64,000 nucleotides of DNA from Candidatus Hodarchaeota archaeon (GCA_048886685.1 JBHLKM010000014.1:32001-96000), one strand, 5' to 3'; positions 49,867 through 59,867 are shown, counted from the stretch's first letter. The notes: generated from the letters alone by a model not told the origin. Made by a program: numbers and translations.

Positions 49867-50814
49867 TCATGAAATATCACGTTTTTTCAAGTATAGTGCT
49901 CCCGCAACTAAAAATATAACTGCAATCACGATTAAATATATCAATGAAACCACAGGATCATAGTAATTAGTTCTTTCATAATCGCTACCCCCACCTTCCC
50001 AATCAATTGTAGTAATACCAAACATCCAGAAAATAAAGCCAAAATAATCTAAAATATTAGGGACAAAACTTTCTCCTATCAATAAAAAGATGTTAGCAAA
50101 ATGATATCCGATGTCGAAATTATATAATAAATATTTTTCATACCAATTATCACCAAATAATAGCAAAGGTTTAAACATCATCATAACTAGAAACGAAAAA
50201 ATGACTAAAGCAAGCGGGAGAAGTAAGACATTTCTTGACCTTTTAAAAATCGACGAAAATCCCATTGTTATTCCTCCAAAATACAATGTAATAACTAAAG
50301 AATAGAGAAAGAAGATCCCTAAATATTCACCAATGTCGCTAAATGGATATTTTATTACTGCGAATAAGGTTATAATTGATAAACTTAGAAAACTTATTAC
50401 TATCCCAAATATACAAAGAGCGATAAATTTACTCACGACTATTCTTGTTCGATTTATCGGTTTACTTACTAAAAACAACAATGTTCCTGTTCTTAATTCT
50501 TCAGAAATTAAGGGTCCTGCAGCACTTATTATAATAATTGGAAACATTATAGCAAAATTGTAATACCATGTAGTAAATCCTAATAATTGTACTAAATATT
50601 CATCACCAGAAAGTCTTCCAGGTGGCGTGAAAGCTAATATCAACGTAGGAACTAGCACTAGGAAGAAAACTGACATGATAATTCTTTTTATTGTCAGTAA
50701 ATCAAATATTAATGTTTTTTTAATTAATACTACTGCAGGTGTTGAGCTTATCCCGGGATAAGGTTTCGATTCTCTAAATTTCTGTTTAATTGGATTGGAT
50801 TCGGTAGTATTCAT
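49867..50814 (-). CDS. ABC-2 type transporter permease
   Basis: ISEELRTGTLLFLVSKPINR, C-terminal KKRDI; about 6 TM. Confidence 0.88.
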   Translation of the reverse strand: MNTTESNPIKQKFRESKPYPGISSTPAVVLIKKTLIFDLLTIKRIIMSVFFLVLVPTLILAFTPPGRLSGDEYLVQLLGFTTWYYNFAIMFPIIIISAAGPLISEELRTGTLLFLVSKPINRTRIVVSKFIALCIFGIVISFLSLSIITLFAVIKYPFSDIGEYLGIFFLYSLVITLYFGGITMGFSSIFKRSRNVLLLPLALVIFSFLVMMMFKPLLLFGDNWYEKYLLYNFDIGYHFANIFLLIGESFVPNILDYFGFIFWMFGITTIDWEGGGSDYERTNYYDPVVSLIYLIVIAVIFLVAGALYLKKRDIS

Positions 50815-51803
50815 TCATTCTTCACCTCCTCTTCCATTATTTCGATAAAAATATCCTGCAATGACGTTTCTGGCTGATGAAATTCTCGCAAAATCACATC
50901 ATTATCAATAATCATTTTAGGAATAGCCTTCTGAAGCATTTCGACATCTTTTGACAATATATGTATTTTTTTGTCATTCTCGTCAATCCAAGTATTAGTA
51001 ATAAAATCCTTCTCATTTAATTGTTGAAGTACCTTTTCATTTGCGCTTGTATCTAAAATAATAATGTTGCGACCTCCTTTGATAGAATGCATTTTTTTAA
51101 TATTTTTGATAGTATCCGTTAAAACTATTTTTCCTTTGTTGATCATCGTAACGTTTACGCACATTTGCTCTATTTCAGATAAAATGTGGCTTGATACAAA
51201 AACGCTCACTTCCTTTGATAATGCTTTAATATCATTTATAATATTTTTTCGTCCAATAGGATCTAAGTTCGATGTTGGTTCGTCTAATATTAATATCTCA
51301 GGTTCATGTATGAGGGCTGCTGCAATACCTATTCGTTGTTTCATTCCTTCAGAATATTTTTCAATTCTTCTTTCTCGAGCTCCTAATAATTCTAATTTTT
51401 CTAGTAATTCAAGAGTTTTTTTCTTAGCTTTATGTCTTCTCAATCCACTTAGTTCTCCTATATAATTTAAATATTGTTCTCCACTCATATTGTCATAAAA
51501 TGCGGGATCCTGAGGTAGAAAACCTATTATTCGGCGAGCTCTTATGGAGCCAGCACCTTCACCTCTAATCTTTGCTTTACCATCTGTAATTGAGATTGCT
51601 CCTATTAACATGTTTATTGTTGACGTTTTTCCGGCACCGTTTGGACCTAAAAAACCATGAACTCCCGGTTCCATGGAAATATCAATTTTATTCACTGCCT
51701 TTACGCTGCCTTCTCCTCTTCCATAAATCTTTGTCAGTTTATGAGTCCAAATTTCTGGTATTGAAGATTTTTCTTCAATCAATTTTTTACACCTAAATTT
51801 CAA
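50811..51803 (-). CDS. ABC transporter ATP-binding protein
   Basis: GPNGAGKT, YSEGMKQR signature, ILDEPT, SSH; start uncertain. Confidence 0.95.
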   Translation of the reverse strand: MKFRCKKLIEEKSSIPEIWTHKLTKIYGRGEGSVKAVNKIDISMEPGVHGFLGPNGAGKTSTINMLIGAISITDGKAKIRGEGAGSIRARRIIGFLPQDPAFYDNMSGEQYLNYIGELSGLRRHKAKKKTLELLEKLELLGARERRIEKYSEGMKQRIGIAAALIHEPEILILDEPTSNLDPIGRKNIINDIKALSKEVSVFVSSHILSEIEQMCVNVTMINKGKIVLTDTIKNIKKMHSIKGGRNIIILDTSANEKVLQQLNEKDFITNTWIDENDKKIHILSKDVEMLQKAIPKMIIDNDVILREFHQPETSLQDIFIEIMEEEVKNE

Positions 51804-52047
51804 AATTTAAAATGGATTATTCGTATGGTTTTTTAATATACGTTATATTAAATGTTTTCTGATTTACAATTTAGTCAAGATAATTGATATTTATACTAGC
51901 AATGAAAATTCTGCTCATAGTTCGTTTTTCGAGCTAATCTTAAGTCTTTACTAAGTGAATATGTTTTTTTTGTCTTTTATGAAAGATTTTTAAAAATTTT
52001 TATAAGATGATATCTGACTTTTTGATGAGCCATTATAAAACTTTTCA

Positions 52048-52743
52048 CTAGAAATCAAAGAGGAAGCCTTTTCCCTTTTTGCCAACAACTTTAACTATTC
52101 CCATTTTTCTTAAGCAATAACTCATTTTTTGGGCTAATCTTAATGGTTTATTAAGTGTGAATGCCAATTCCATATTTGTATATGGAGTTCTCAGATTGAT
52201 AGGCTTTAACATTAGAAAATCAATCGGTGTGCAAAATAGCTTTCTTTCAAATACTTTCAATAATTTTCTATCATAGATATTCCAATTTTTTCTCCTCCAA
52301 GTTCCCACACTATTAATTTTTCGAATTTCTTCTATTTGAATTAATGCAACTTCAATAGTAAAATTCATTTTTGGGACAAGGTGAGGAATTCTAATTAGTT
52401 CCTCAAATATATCACAATAAGTTCCATGTTTTGGAGAATTTCTCATGGAAATTGCCTTATTTCTTATTGGATCCATTTTAACTATTAATTTATCTTGCAC
52501 TATGGGATAAACTAGCTTAACATCATAATTTTCAGTAAGTATTTCAAGCTTTTTCTTAATTGATGCAAAATTACTTGTTTGAATTTCAATCAAGAGGTTT
52601 TCTCGTACAATATCTATAATATATCCATCAACAGGCTCTTCAAGTTTGTCTCCCGGTTCTCTATACCATTGTTTTAAGGCAGCATGCAGTGAACTTTCTT
52701 TTAAGATCCCTATAGAAGTGGATTGTATCTTCTTTTCTTCCAT
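52048..52743 (-). CDS. PD-(D/E)XK-like nuclease-fold hypothetical protein
   Basis: ESSLHAALK..E..VDGYIIDI..IEIQT; start set at ATG 52743. Confidence 0.65.
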   Translation of the reverse strand: MEEKKIQSTSIGILKESSLHAALKQWYREPGDKLEEPVDGYIIDIVRENLLIEIQTSNFASIKKKLEILTENYDVKLVYPIVQDKLIVKMDPIRNKAISMRNSPKHGTYCDIFEELIRIPHLVPKMNFTIEVALIQIEEIRKINSVGTWRRKNWNIYDRKLLKVFERKLFCTPIDFLMLKPINLRTPYTNMELAFTLNKPLRLAQKMSYCLRKMGIVKVVGKKGKGFLFDF

Positions 52744-52924
52744 TATAAATTTTTTAATTAAGTATAGAAATTTAAGTAAAAAACTTATAATATATATTAA
52801 AAAAGGCAATAATATTGAGAGATTATTGATTTATCACTAAAATGAGAGAGGTTTTTTCCTTATCTCAGGTACATACCAAGTGATTATCCATGGTTTTTTA
52901 ATCTAAAAGCTTATCTATTGATTC

Positions 52925-53740
52925 CTATAAGCCAATTAAATCCTTTAATTTATTAAATTCATCTTCTTGAACCTTCTCCATTTCAGTTTTTTCAAAGTCC
53001 AGGTCTTTATTCCAATTCATCTTTTTTAATTCTTCATCGATCATCAACCCAAGTTCAGATATATAATAACTTTTAGCAGGTGAAAATTCTTTATAAAATC
53101 CCTTTTTCTTTAGTTCGGTGAAAAACTGCCATCCTTTCCCATTAGTACATTTATTTAAGTAATTAAGGATTTTTTTGTGAATGATCCCTTCATTGTCTTC
53201 AGTTCTTTTATTAAAAATAATTTCTTTATCATTCCGTATATAAAGTAGAAAATCATGAAGTGGATCATTCTGCTGTTTCTCTTGTAATTCTCCAACTACA
53301 TTATTATAGTCTTCCTTTTCGATCTCCATGGTATCTAGTTCCCCTATTGACTGTTTAGCAAATTCAATGCAAGCGCGTAGTTTTTCTTCGTAATCTTCGC
53401 ATCCTTCTTCTGGAGTTATGTTTTCTGTTAGTTCTATAAGTTCATTTTTCTTTCTTTTCCTTCTCCAAATCTCCACTTTTAGAAAATCTATCTTTTCTTG
53501 ATACTTTTCATAAAAATAATTCTCAAATTTATCAAGATAAAAGATATAGGTTTTTACAGCTTTCTTATCAATTATTAAACCATTATCTATTAGGGATCGA
53601 ATTTCAGCATATTTTCTATTAATATCTCCTAAAAACACCGAAGTTCTCTTGGTAGATCTCTTAAAATAACTAATTAATTCAATATTTTTTATATTATCAT
53701 TAAATACCATCTCTATTCGGTGTTCAAGAGATTCTTCCAT
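52925..53740 (-). CDS. Hypothetical protein
   Basis: 271 aa charged, helical ORF; no motif recognised. Confidence 0.6.
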   Translation of the reverse strand: MEESLEHRIEMVFNDNIKNIELISYFKRSTKRTSVFLGDINRKYAEIRSLIDNGLIIDKKAVKTYIFYLDKFENYFYEKYQEKIDFLKVEIWRRKRKKNELIELTENITPEEGCEDYEEKLRACIEFAKQSIGELDTMEIEKEDYNNVVGELQEKQQNDPLHDFLLYIRNDKEIIFNKRTEDNEGIIHKKILNYLNKCTNGKGWQFFTELKKKGFYKEFSPAKSYYISELGLMIDEELKKMNWNKDLDFEKTEMEKVQEDEFNKLKDLIGL

Positions 53741-53982
53741 AATCGATCGTATAGTAACATTTCAGATTAAAAAATATTATTTAATTCGATAGTTTTTGCA
53801 CGTATAAGGATCCTAAACATACAAAAATATAATTGAATTTATTCAAAAATTGAAAATATATGTATTTGATTCATATCCCTCATCTGTTCTATTTTAGATT
53901 ACCCAAGGATTTAACATTTTTTTGCGATAGAGAAATAAAAGAAAAAAAATAAATAAAGATAAATAAAAAATATGGTGATTTT

Positions 53983-54468
53983 ATGAGCGAACAAATAATA
54001 AAAGATCTATCGAGCGGCATTAAAGGTGTTTTAACTCACTTAGAACCAATGAAAGCAGTTAAAGATTTGACTCCAGATAATGCCAGAAAAAAACCTGAAA
54101 ATAAATATCATTCTTGTTGGGAATTATTGCATCATACTGTTTATTGGCAAGATATTTTACTTAAGAATCTTGAAGGGAAAATTATAGATTGGAGCAAAAT
54201 CAGTAATGAGGACAATTGGCCTTCTGATGAATATTTAAGTAAAGATGAAAATTTCATAGAGCTTGTTAAAAAGTTTAACAAAAATCTCGAAATCGCAGCT
54301 TCGAAGCTCGAGAAAATTGATCTTATGAAAAGTATCAAAATTGGACCAGAGCGAACTCCAGATGTGACCTATTTTAGGTTATTTTTGGTTTTCCTTCAAC
54401 ATACATCTTATCATTTAGGGCAAATGGTTACCACTAGAAAGTTTTTAGGAGATTGGAAAGAGGATTAA
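53983..54468 (+). CDS. DinB-family protein
   Basis: HSCWELLHH, HTSYHLGQM; GGTGA upstream. Confidence 0.88.
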   Translation: MSEQIIKDLSSGIKGVLTHLEPMKAVKDLTPDNARKKPENKYHSCWELLHHTVYWQDILLKNLEGKIIDWSKISNEDNWPSDEYLSKDENFIELVKKFNKNLEIAASKLEKIDLMKSIKIGPERTPDVTYFRLFLVFLQHTSYHLGQMVTTRKFLGDWKED

Positions 54469-54540
54469 AGATAGTTTAAACGTGAGTCGATTAAGGTGCC
54501 GAAAAAATCGAAGTACACTCCAATGATATCTTTTGTCAAA

Positions 54541-55989
54541 CTAATTACCTCCTAAATCAACTGGTTTATAGGTCATCATAGATTCATTGCCACGTTCTAT
54601 GTAAAAAAATTCAGCTTTTTCAGGTTTGAGCTTTTCTTTTAAATATCGAATAACCTGTAATCCTTTAGTAAACTCATCACAAATAAAAATATCTATGCTA
54701 ATATAACCGTGTTCCGGCCAAGTATGAATTGCTGCATGACTAGTTTCCAATACAGCAATAGCACTATACCCAAATGGTTGATAATTATGATGATAAATAT
54801 CAAGTACTGTTAGATTGGCTGATAGCAGTGAATTTATAAATATTTTTTGGATTAAATCATTGTTTAATAGTGTTTTTTGCTGTATAAAGCGTAATTCTCC
54901 AATAAAATGAAACCCAACAGGGAGAAATGGAGGTTTAGATTTCTTTTTTACTTCAGAGGTATAAATAGGACCAGAAGCGAATCTAAATTTATATTTAGAT
55001 CCGGGATCTGCTACAGTTTGTAAGTAGTAAAGATGAGAAAATTGTCCAATAATGCTAGCACCTTTATAATGATTGAAATCGGGAAGCATTTCTGTTATTA
55101 TAAATCCATGATCCAATATTGATAGCTGCAATTTTTGCATTTCATTTGGAGGTTTATTCCCAAAACTGAGAACACATTTTTTTCCAACAATGGGATAATT
55201 TTTATTATTTATCGTGATATTCGATTTTAATACTTGCTTTGCTCTTTTTAAGAACAATCTTAAACCTTCATTAGTATATGGTGGATCCATTACAGCTATA
55301 TCATATTTATTAAGGATATTTTTAGGGATAGGTTCTCTTAAATCATGATGGAGAACATTGAAATTATTTAAAGAGAGTTTCCTTGCAGTTTTTGAAAGAA
55401 AATTTAAAACTCTATCATCTATATCCACTACTGTAATTTCATTTGCTAATTTTGTCATTCCAACCGCCAAAGAAATGAAATCATCATCCCCTAAAAAAAT
55501 GATTCCTCTTCCCTCAATGTCTCCTTTTTTTAGTAAATACAGTGTTTTCTTAACTACTGTTGAAAAGTCTGCGTGAGATTGATCAAGAGCAAATTCTGGT
55601 GATGGTCGATTATCAAGATAATTTTTTATATTATTTAAATAAGAAAATTCATCAGATAATAATATATTCACTAAAAATTCTTTTATGATATTTTCAAAAT
55701 TCCCGGGTAGAGGATCATAATCGAATTTTAAATTCAGATTCGATTTTACCCACTCTCTCCCTTTTTGGCCAAGTAAATTTCTTCTCTCAATAATATCGGC
55801 TTTAACTAACTCATTCCTGACGGCAGCAAGCGAAGGAATTGCAATTCCTGTTTTTTGAGCCACCTTTTTATTTTTTAGAGAGGGAAATCGATACATTGTT
55901 AGAAGAATTGATCGAACACCTTCAATACCTTCGCTTAACTGTGCTCTCTCAGCGATTAATGTAAGTAACTTCTCTATTTCTAAATCCAT
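54541..55989 (-). CDS. Fusion: wHTH + branched-chain polyamine synthase (BpsA-like) + S-adenosylmethionine decarboxylase (SpeD-like)
   Basis: RP..DQ, GDIEG, FLGDDD, DID, DLREP, DPPYT (BpsA pattern); C-terminal GFH..PFGYS..LETSHAAIHTWPEHG..DIFIC (AdoMetDC pattern); start set at ATG 55989. Confidence 0.88.
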   Translation of the reverse strand: MDLEIEKLLTLIAERAQLSEGIEGVRSILLTMYRFPSLKNKKVAQKTGIAIPSLAAVRNELVKADIIERRNLLGQKGREWVKSNLNLKFDYDPLPGNFENIIKEFLVNILLSDEFSYLNNIKNYLDNRPSPEFALDQSHADFSTVVKKTLYLLKKGDIEGRGIIFLGDDDFISLAVGMTKLANEITVVDIDDRVLNFLSKTARKLSLNNFNVLHHDLREPIPKNILNKYDIAVMDPPYTNEGLRLFLKRAKQVLKSNITINNKNYPIVGKKCVLSFGNKPPNEMQKLQLSILDHGFIITEMLPDFNHYKGASIIGQFSHLYYLQTVADPGSKYKFRFASGPIYTSEVKKKSKPPFLPVGFHFIGELRFIQQKTLLNNDLIQKIFINSLLSANLTVLDIYHHNYQPFGYSAIAVLETSHAAIHTWPEHGYISIDIFICDEFTKGLQVIRYLKEKLKPEKAEFFYIERGNESMMTYKPVDLGGN

Positions 55990-56031
55990 TGTATAATAAT
56001 TATACAATTTACAATAATAATATTATACAAT
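55988..56031. promoter_or_regulatory. Perfect 10-1-10 palindrome at the fusion gene start plus a third half-site
   Basis: ATTGTATAAT-A-ATTATACAAT (55988-56008); extra ATTATACAAT at 56022-56031. Confidence 0.55.
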
Positions 56032-56184
56032 TATGATCAATTTAGATCTTTACTATAAAACTCTTTTTATGTTAGGAATATCACTAAGAATTTGTGTACT
56101 TATTCCAAGTAAAACACGTTGCTTAGCAAACATTTACAGGACAGCATAGATTTATAACTAAATTTTTATTAGAAAAAGAAATTT

Positions 56185-57027
56185 ATGGGGAGAATTAAAT
56201 TGGTACAAATTAAAATGGGATTCTTATTAGATCCATATAATTTTAAGAGGATTAAACAAAAATTCCGAAACTTCGAAGATTCTGAAGAAATTGAAAATAT
56301 AAAAGTAGATTCGTTATTAAAATTTAATGAAAAAAAAATGGGAATTTTAAGAATTCAAAATTATGAGAATTTTTATTTATGTGATTGTCTAATACAAACT
56401 AAAAAGAAAGAATCTGGTGATTATAATTATTATCTTAATAAAGCATATAATCCTGATAGAAATGAAATAATTAATTTTAAAGCTATCCTAAAATATTTTC
56501 AAATCTTTATATCTAAAAGTAATGGATTAATCTTTTTTTCTAACACTAATCTCCCAAACCAAGTAATATGTAAAAATTTTCTCTCTTTTCTAATTCATGG
56601 TTTAAGGTTAACTGATTACGGGAAACCTAAATTATTTGAATTTCCTCAGAATAAACTAAATAAATTGAAAAATATCTTAGTTGCTAATGGATATAAGGAA
56701 CATCGTGTAAGATTTTCTGATGCTACAAAAAAAATGGATGTATTTGGCGATTTACATGATGATCTTGAAGTTGAAGAATGGTGTGATATAAAACCTGATT
56801 ATAAATTCCTAGCTTATGAAGTACCCGATATTGGAATTGAATATTTTGGATTCCCAATAAAAACAACTAAATATTTTTATATTTTTCATAGTTTTGATAG
56901 AAAAAGTAAACATCAACAAATCTTTAATTTCTTAATAAAGATGAAAGATCATCTTGATGAAGCATTAGATAAAAAAATTGAAAAATTTCTATATCCAGTA
57001 ATTTATAAAAGAATTGATTCCTATTAG
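56185..57027 (+). CDS. Hypothetical protein
   Basis: 280 aa ORF, very AT-rich; no motif recognised. Confidence 0.6.
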   Translation: MGRIKLVQIKMGFLLDPYNFKRIKQKFRNFEDSEEIENIKVDSLLKFNEKKMGILRIQNYENFYLCDCLIQTKKKESGDYNYYLNKAYNPDRNEIINFKAILKYFQIFISKSNGLIFFSNTNLPNQVICKNFLSFLIHGLRLTDYGKPKLFEFPQNKLNKLKNILVANGYKEHRVRFSDATKKMDVFGDLHDDLEVEEWCDIKPDYKFLAYEVPDIGIEYFGFPIKTTKYFYIFHSFDRKSKHQQIFNFLIKMKDHLDEALDKKIEKFLYPVIYKRIDSY

Positions 57028-57154
57028 ATTTTTTTTTTAATCTGATTAAATTCAACATCAACTTATTGTATTAATAGTAGATTTGTTAATATTTACTATA
57101 GAGATATGATACTCTGTTTTTATTTATAAAGGTTAAATTTAATTAATTAATAGA

Positions 57155-58039
57155 ATGTTAAATGGAAGAACCATTGAGAGTTTTGATGAGTTTAAATCTG
57201 TTTTTTATTATAATTTATCTGAGATCTATGGTACTCATGATTGGATTGCTGATAGAGCAATTCATATCCTTTATAAACACCTTCCAGATGACCCATTGAT
57301 AAGCTCAATCTATAATAATATAAATCATATGCAAGTGTATTATTTGTATGGGACAGAACTACCAGATCACCTAACAAATCCTTTTAAGTCTATTAATATC
57401 ACAACAGATTATGGAAATAAATTATCAGAAGATGATTTTTATAAAGGTCACAGTGTAGTTATGCTTCCAAATGGTTGTATCAGTAGAAGAAGCAAACGTT
57501 TATTTAATTCTGTTGAATCAATTACAAAAGCTTTTATTGAAAATAGTATTACAGTTAAGGATTATCAAGCTACTGCATTATATTTAGGTTTTATTAGTCA
57601 TTTAATTGGAGATGCTTGTTATATACATCATGTCTATGAAGCTCCTGATGAATCAATAAGACAACGAACCAAAGGTGAAATCTTAAAGAGAACCAGGAAT
57701 CCCCCCGAGGAGATTTTATGGCCAAATTCAAAATCAATAAAAAATCATGAATTAGCTAAAAATGAATTTAATGGACAAATGTATTCATTGGAAGACATTC
57801 TTTTTTATTGTGTTTGGCATACTTTCTTTGGGAAACCACATAGATGCGGTGCATTTCAAAATATTATCATTCCTGATTGGAAATGGTATTCAACTATTAA
57901 AATCCAAGAGATAGATAAGTTAAGAGATTCAATTTTATACAAAAAATGGTGGGATGGTATTGAGGTTCACCTCAATATGGCCATTTTTTATACTGCTGCT
58001 GCTATAAATAGTTTAAGATGTTTAAGTAAAAGTTTTTAG
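57155..58039 (+). CDS. Zinc-dependent phospholipase C / S1-P1 nuclease-like protein
   Basis: GTHDWIA, YGTELPD, H, LGFISHLIGD...HH metal-ligand pattern. Confidence 0.7.
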   Translation: MLNGRTIESFDEFKSVFYYNLSEIYGTHDWIADRAIHILYKHLPDDPLISSIYNNINHMQVYYLYGTELPDHLTNPFKSINITTDYGNKLSEDDFYKGHSVVMLPNGCISRRSKRLFNSVESITKAFIENSITVKDYQATALYLGFISHLIGDACYIHHVYEAPDESIRQRTKGEILKRTRNPPEEILWPNSKSIKNHELAKNEFNGQMYSLEDILFYCVWHTFFGKPHRCGAFQNIIIPDWKWYSTIKIQEIDKLRDSILYKKWWDGIEVHLNMAIFYTAAAINSLRCLSKSF

Positions 58040-58088
58040 CTTTTTAAAATAATTTTTACGATAATAGATATATTTAAATATGAATTGA

Positions 58089-58124
58089 TCTTATATTCTC
58101 ATATGGGATGGTCTCATATAAGAC
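58089..58124. promoter_or_regulatory. Repeated quasi-palindromic boxes upstream of padR, candidate operator
   Basis: TCTTATAT (58089), TCTCATATGGGA (58097), GTCTCATATAAGAC (58111). Confidence 0.5.
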
Positions 58125-58154
58125 TATATTATATAACTAATTATTCATAATAAA

Positions 58155-58733
58155 ATGTCAACACAAGAAAAGAATTCTGCTAAAATTTCGCTAAATCATG
58201 CGGAATTCATTGTTCTAGGATTGATCGCTGAGCTTCCTAGTCATGCATATAATATCAATAAAAGAATCGAAGAACGTGGAATGAGAAACTGGACTAGAAT
58301 AGGTAGATCTTCAATTTATCGAGTAATTAAGAATCTAGAAAAAAAAGGATTAACGAATAAATGGCTAGAAGAAGTTGATAATAGAACCCTAAAGGTTTAT
58401 AACATAACGGAAAAAGGCTCTATAGTTTTAAAAGAAAAGATTTTTAATACTATAAAAGAATTTATTGGAAGAAATGATGAGGATTTCTATGTTGCGTTTT
58501 CTATGCTTCCAATTTTAACAGAAGAGCAACAAATTGAGGCATTTACAAACTCTTTAAACAGAATTATTAAGCATAAAAAGGAACTGGAAGACATGCTGGA
58601 GGAGAATTCAAAGATGCCTTTAAATGTTAGAGGTTTATTCTTACATCCCATTAAAATCTTAGGAACAGATATAGAGTTCTTAAATTGGGTGTTAGATAAA
58701 ATCAAAAATGGAGAGGGTAAAAATAAGCAATAA
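58155..58733 (+). CDS. PadR-family transcriptional regulator
   Basis: VLGLIAE.P.HAY.I, SSIYRVIKNLEKKG, KVYNITEKG. Confidence 0.9.
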   Translation: MSTQEKNSAKISLNHAEFIVLGLIAELPSHAYNINKRIEERGMRNWTRIGRSSIYRVIKNLEKKGLTNKWLEEVDNRTLKVYNITEKGSIVLKEKIFNTIKEFIGRNDEDFYVAFSMLPILTEEQQIEAFTNSLNRIIKHKKELEDMLEENSKMPLNVRGLFLHPIKILGTDIEFLNWVLDKIKNGEGKNKQ

Positions 58734-59856
58734 ATGTATGGTAAAGAACTTTATGCATAGGGTTGGGTTTCATTGTGAATCATCATCTATGAGAGATCTT
58801 TTTGAGTTTTATGGTTTTTCCATGTCGGAAGCGATGGCGTTTGGATTAGATGCTACAATGGGATTCGGTTTTTTTGATACCAAGAATAGCGTATCTTTTA
58901 TCCCCGAGTCAGATGTTGCCTTCTTCCTTGGAGGTAAACAAGGAACTATAGAGCCAAACTCATTAGCATGTCGACTATTAGGAATCACATTAAGAAAACA
59001 ATCTTTCACTAGTGCTGATAAAGCATGGGAAGAGTCGAAAAAATTGATTAACCAAGCTATTCCATTGATTCTTCAAATTGATTTAGCATATTTACCATAT
59101 TTCGAAGGAGAAGGAGAGATTCATTTTGGTGGTCATGCAATAACTTTAGCAGGATATGATGAGGGAAATGGAATTGCTTATGTAGGCGACTCGGAATTTG
59201 ATGGATTTCAAAAGGTTACAATCGAACAACTAAAGAAAGGTCGAAGTTCCGAATATGGCCCTAAATTCATGCGCCCAAATAACACTCAATTTTCTATGAA
59301 AAGAAGACCAGATGGAAAACGTCCTCCCCTAGCTGCAGCTGTTAAGGTCGCAATCCAAAAAGTAGTAAGCAATATGCTACGTCCCTCAGTAACCAATAAT
59401 GGGGTTCAAGGTCTGAAATTGTTCGCATCTTCAATACCTCATTGGGAAGAAAAATTAAAAGGGGAAGCAAAAGATCCTGAAGGAAAAAGGATTTCTCGTT
59501 CAAGGTTAATGTTTGAATTATTATATGGCTATATTGAAACATGGGGAACTGGGGGTGCCTCCTTTAGGAATTTATATAAAGAATATCTTGAGGAATTATT
59601 GACTCATCCAGAGTTAAAAGAAGGTCCAAAAGCATGGACTATTGATGATTTCAAGATTCTCGAAGATTGTATTCCCGTTATTACCGATTCAGCTAAAAAT
59701 TGGACATTGTTAGCAGAGACTTTAAATGATGCTGCAAAAGAACACAAAGATGATTGCTTAGAGCATGTGGATTTAATTGAATTACAAAGAATAACTCTTA
59801 ATATTCTCTTTAAGGAGGAGGAATTGTTTAAAAAATTATCAAAAATAAAAATATAA
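58708..59856 (+). CDS. BtrH-like (papain-fold Cys-His) protein with DUF4872-like C-terminus
   Basis: GFHCESSS, SEAMAFGL, LPYF, HFGGHAITLAGYD, GTGGASFRNLY; alternative start 58738. Confidence 0.8.
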   Translation: MERVKISNKCMVKNFMHRVGFHCESSSMRDLFEFYGFSMSEAMAFGLDATMGFGFFDTKNSVSFIPESDVAFFLGGKQGTIEPNSLACRLLGITLRKQSFTSADKAWEESKKLINQAIPLILQIDLAYLPYFEGEGEIHFGGHAITLAGYDEGNGIAYVGDSEFDGFQKVTIEQLKKGRSSEYGPKFMRPNNTQFSMKRRPDGKRPPLAAAVKVAIQKVVSNMLRPSVTNNGVQGLKLFASSIPHWEEKLKGEAKDPEGKRISRSRLMFELLYGYIETWGTGGASFRNLYKEYLEELLTHPELKEGPKAWTIDDFKILEDCIPVITDSAKNWTLLAETLNDAAKEHKDDCLEHVDLIELQRITLNILFKEEELFKKLSKIKI

Positions 59857-59867
59857 AGGGATTGTAA

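Noticed and set aside
54481-54525. Relatively GC-rich intergenic stem (GAGT/CGATT...AATCG/ACTC) considered as SECIS or ncRNA
   Set aside because: Neither flanking gene has an in-frame TGA and the stem geometry is a poor fit; at most a terminator-type hairpin
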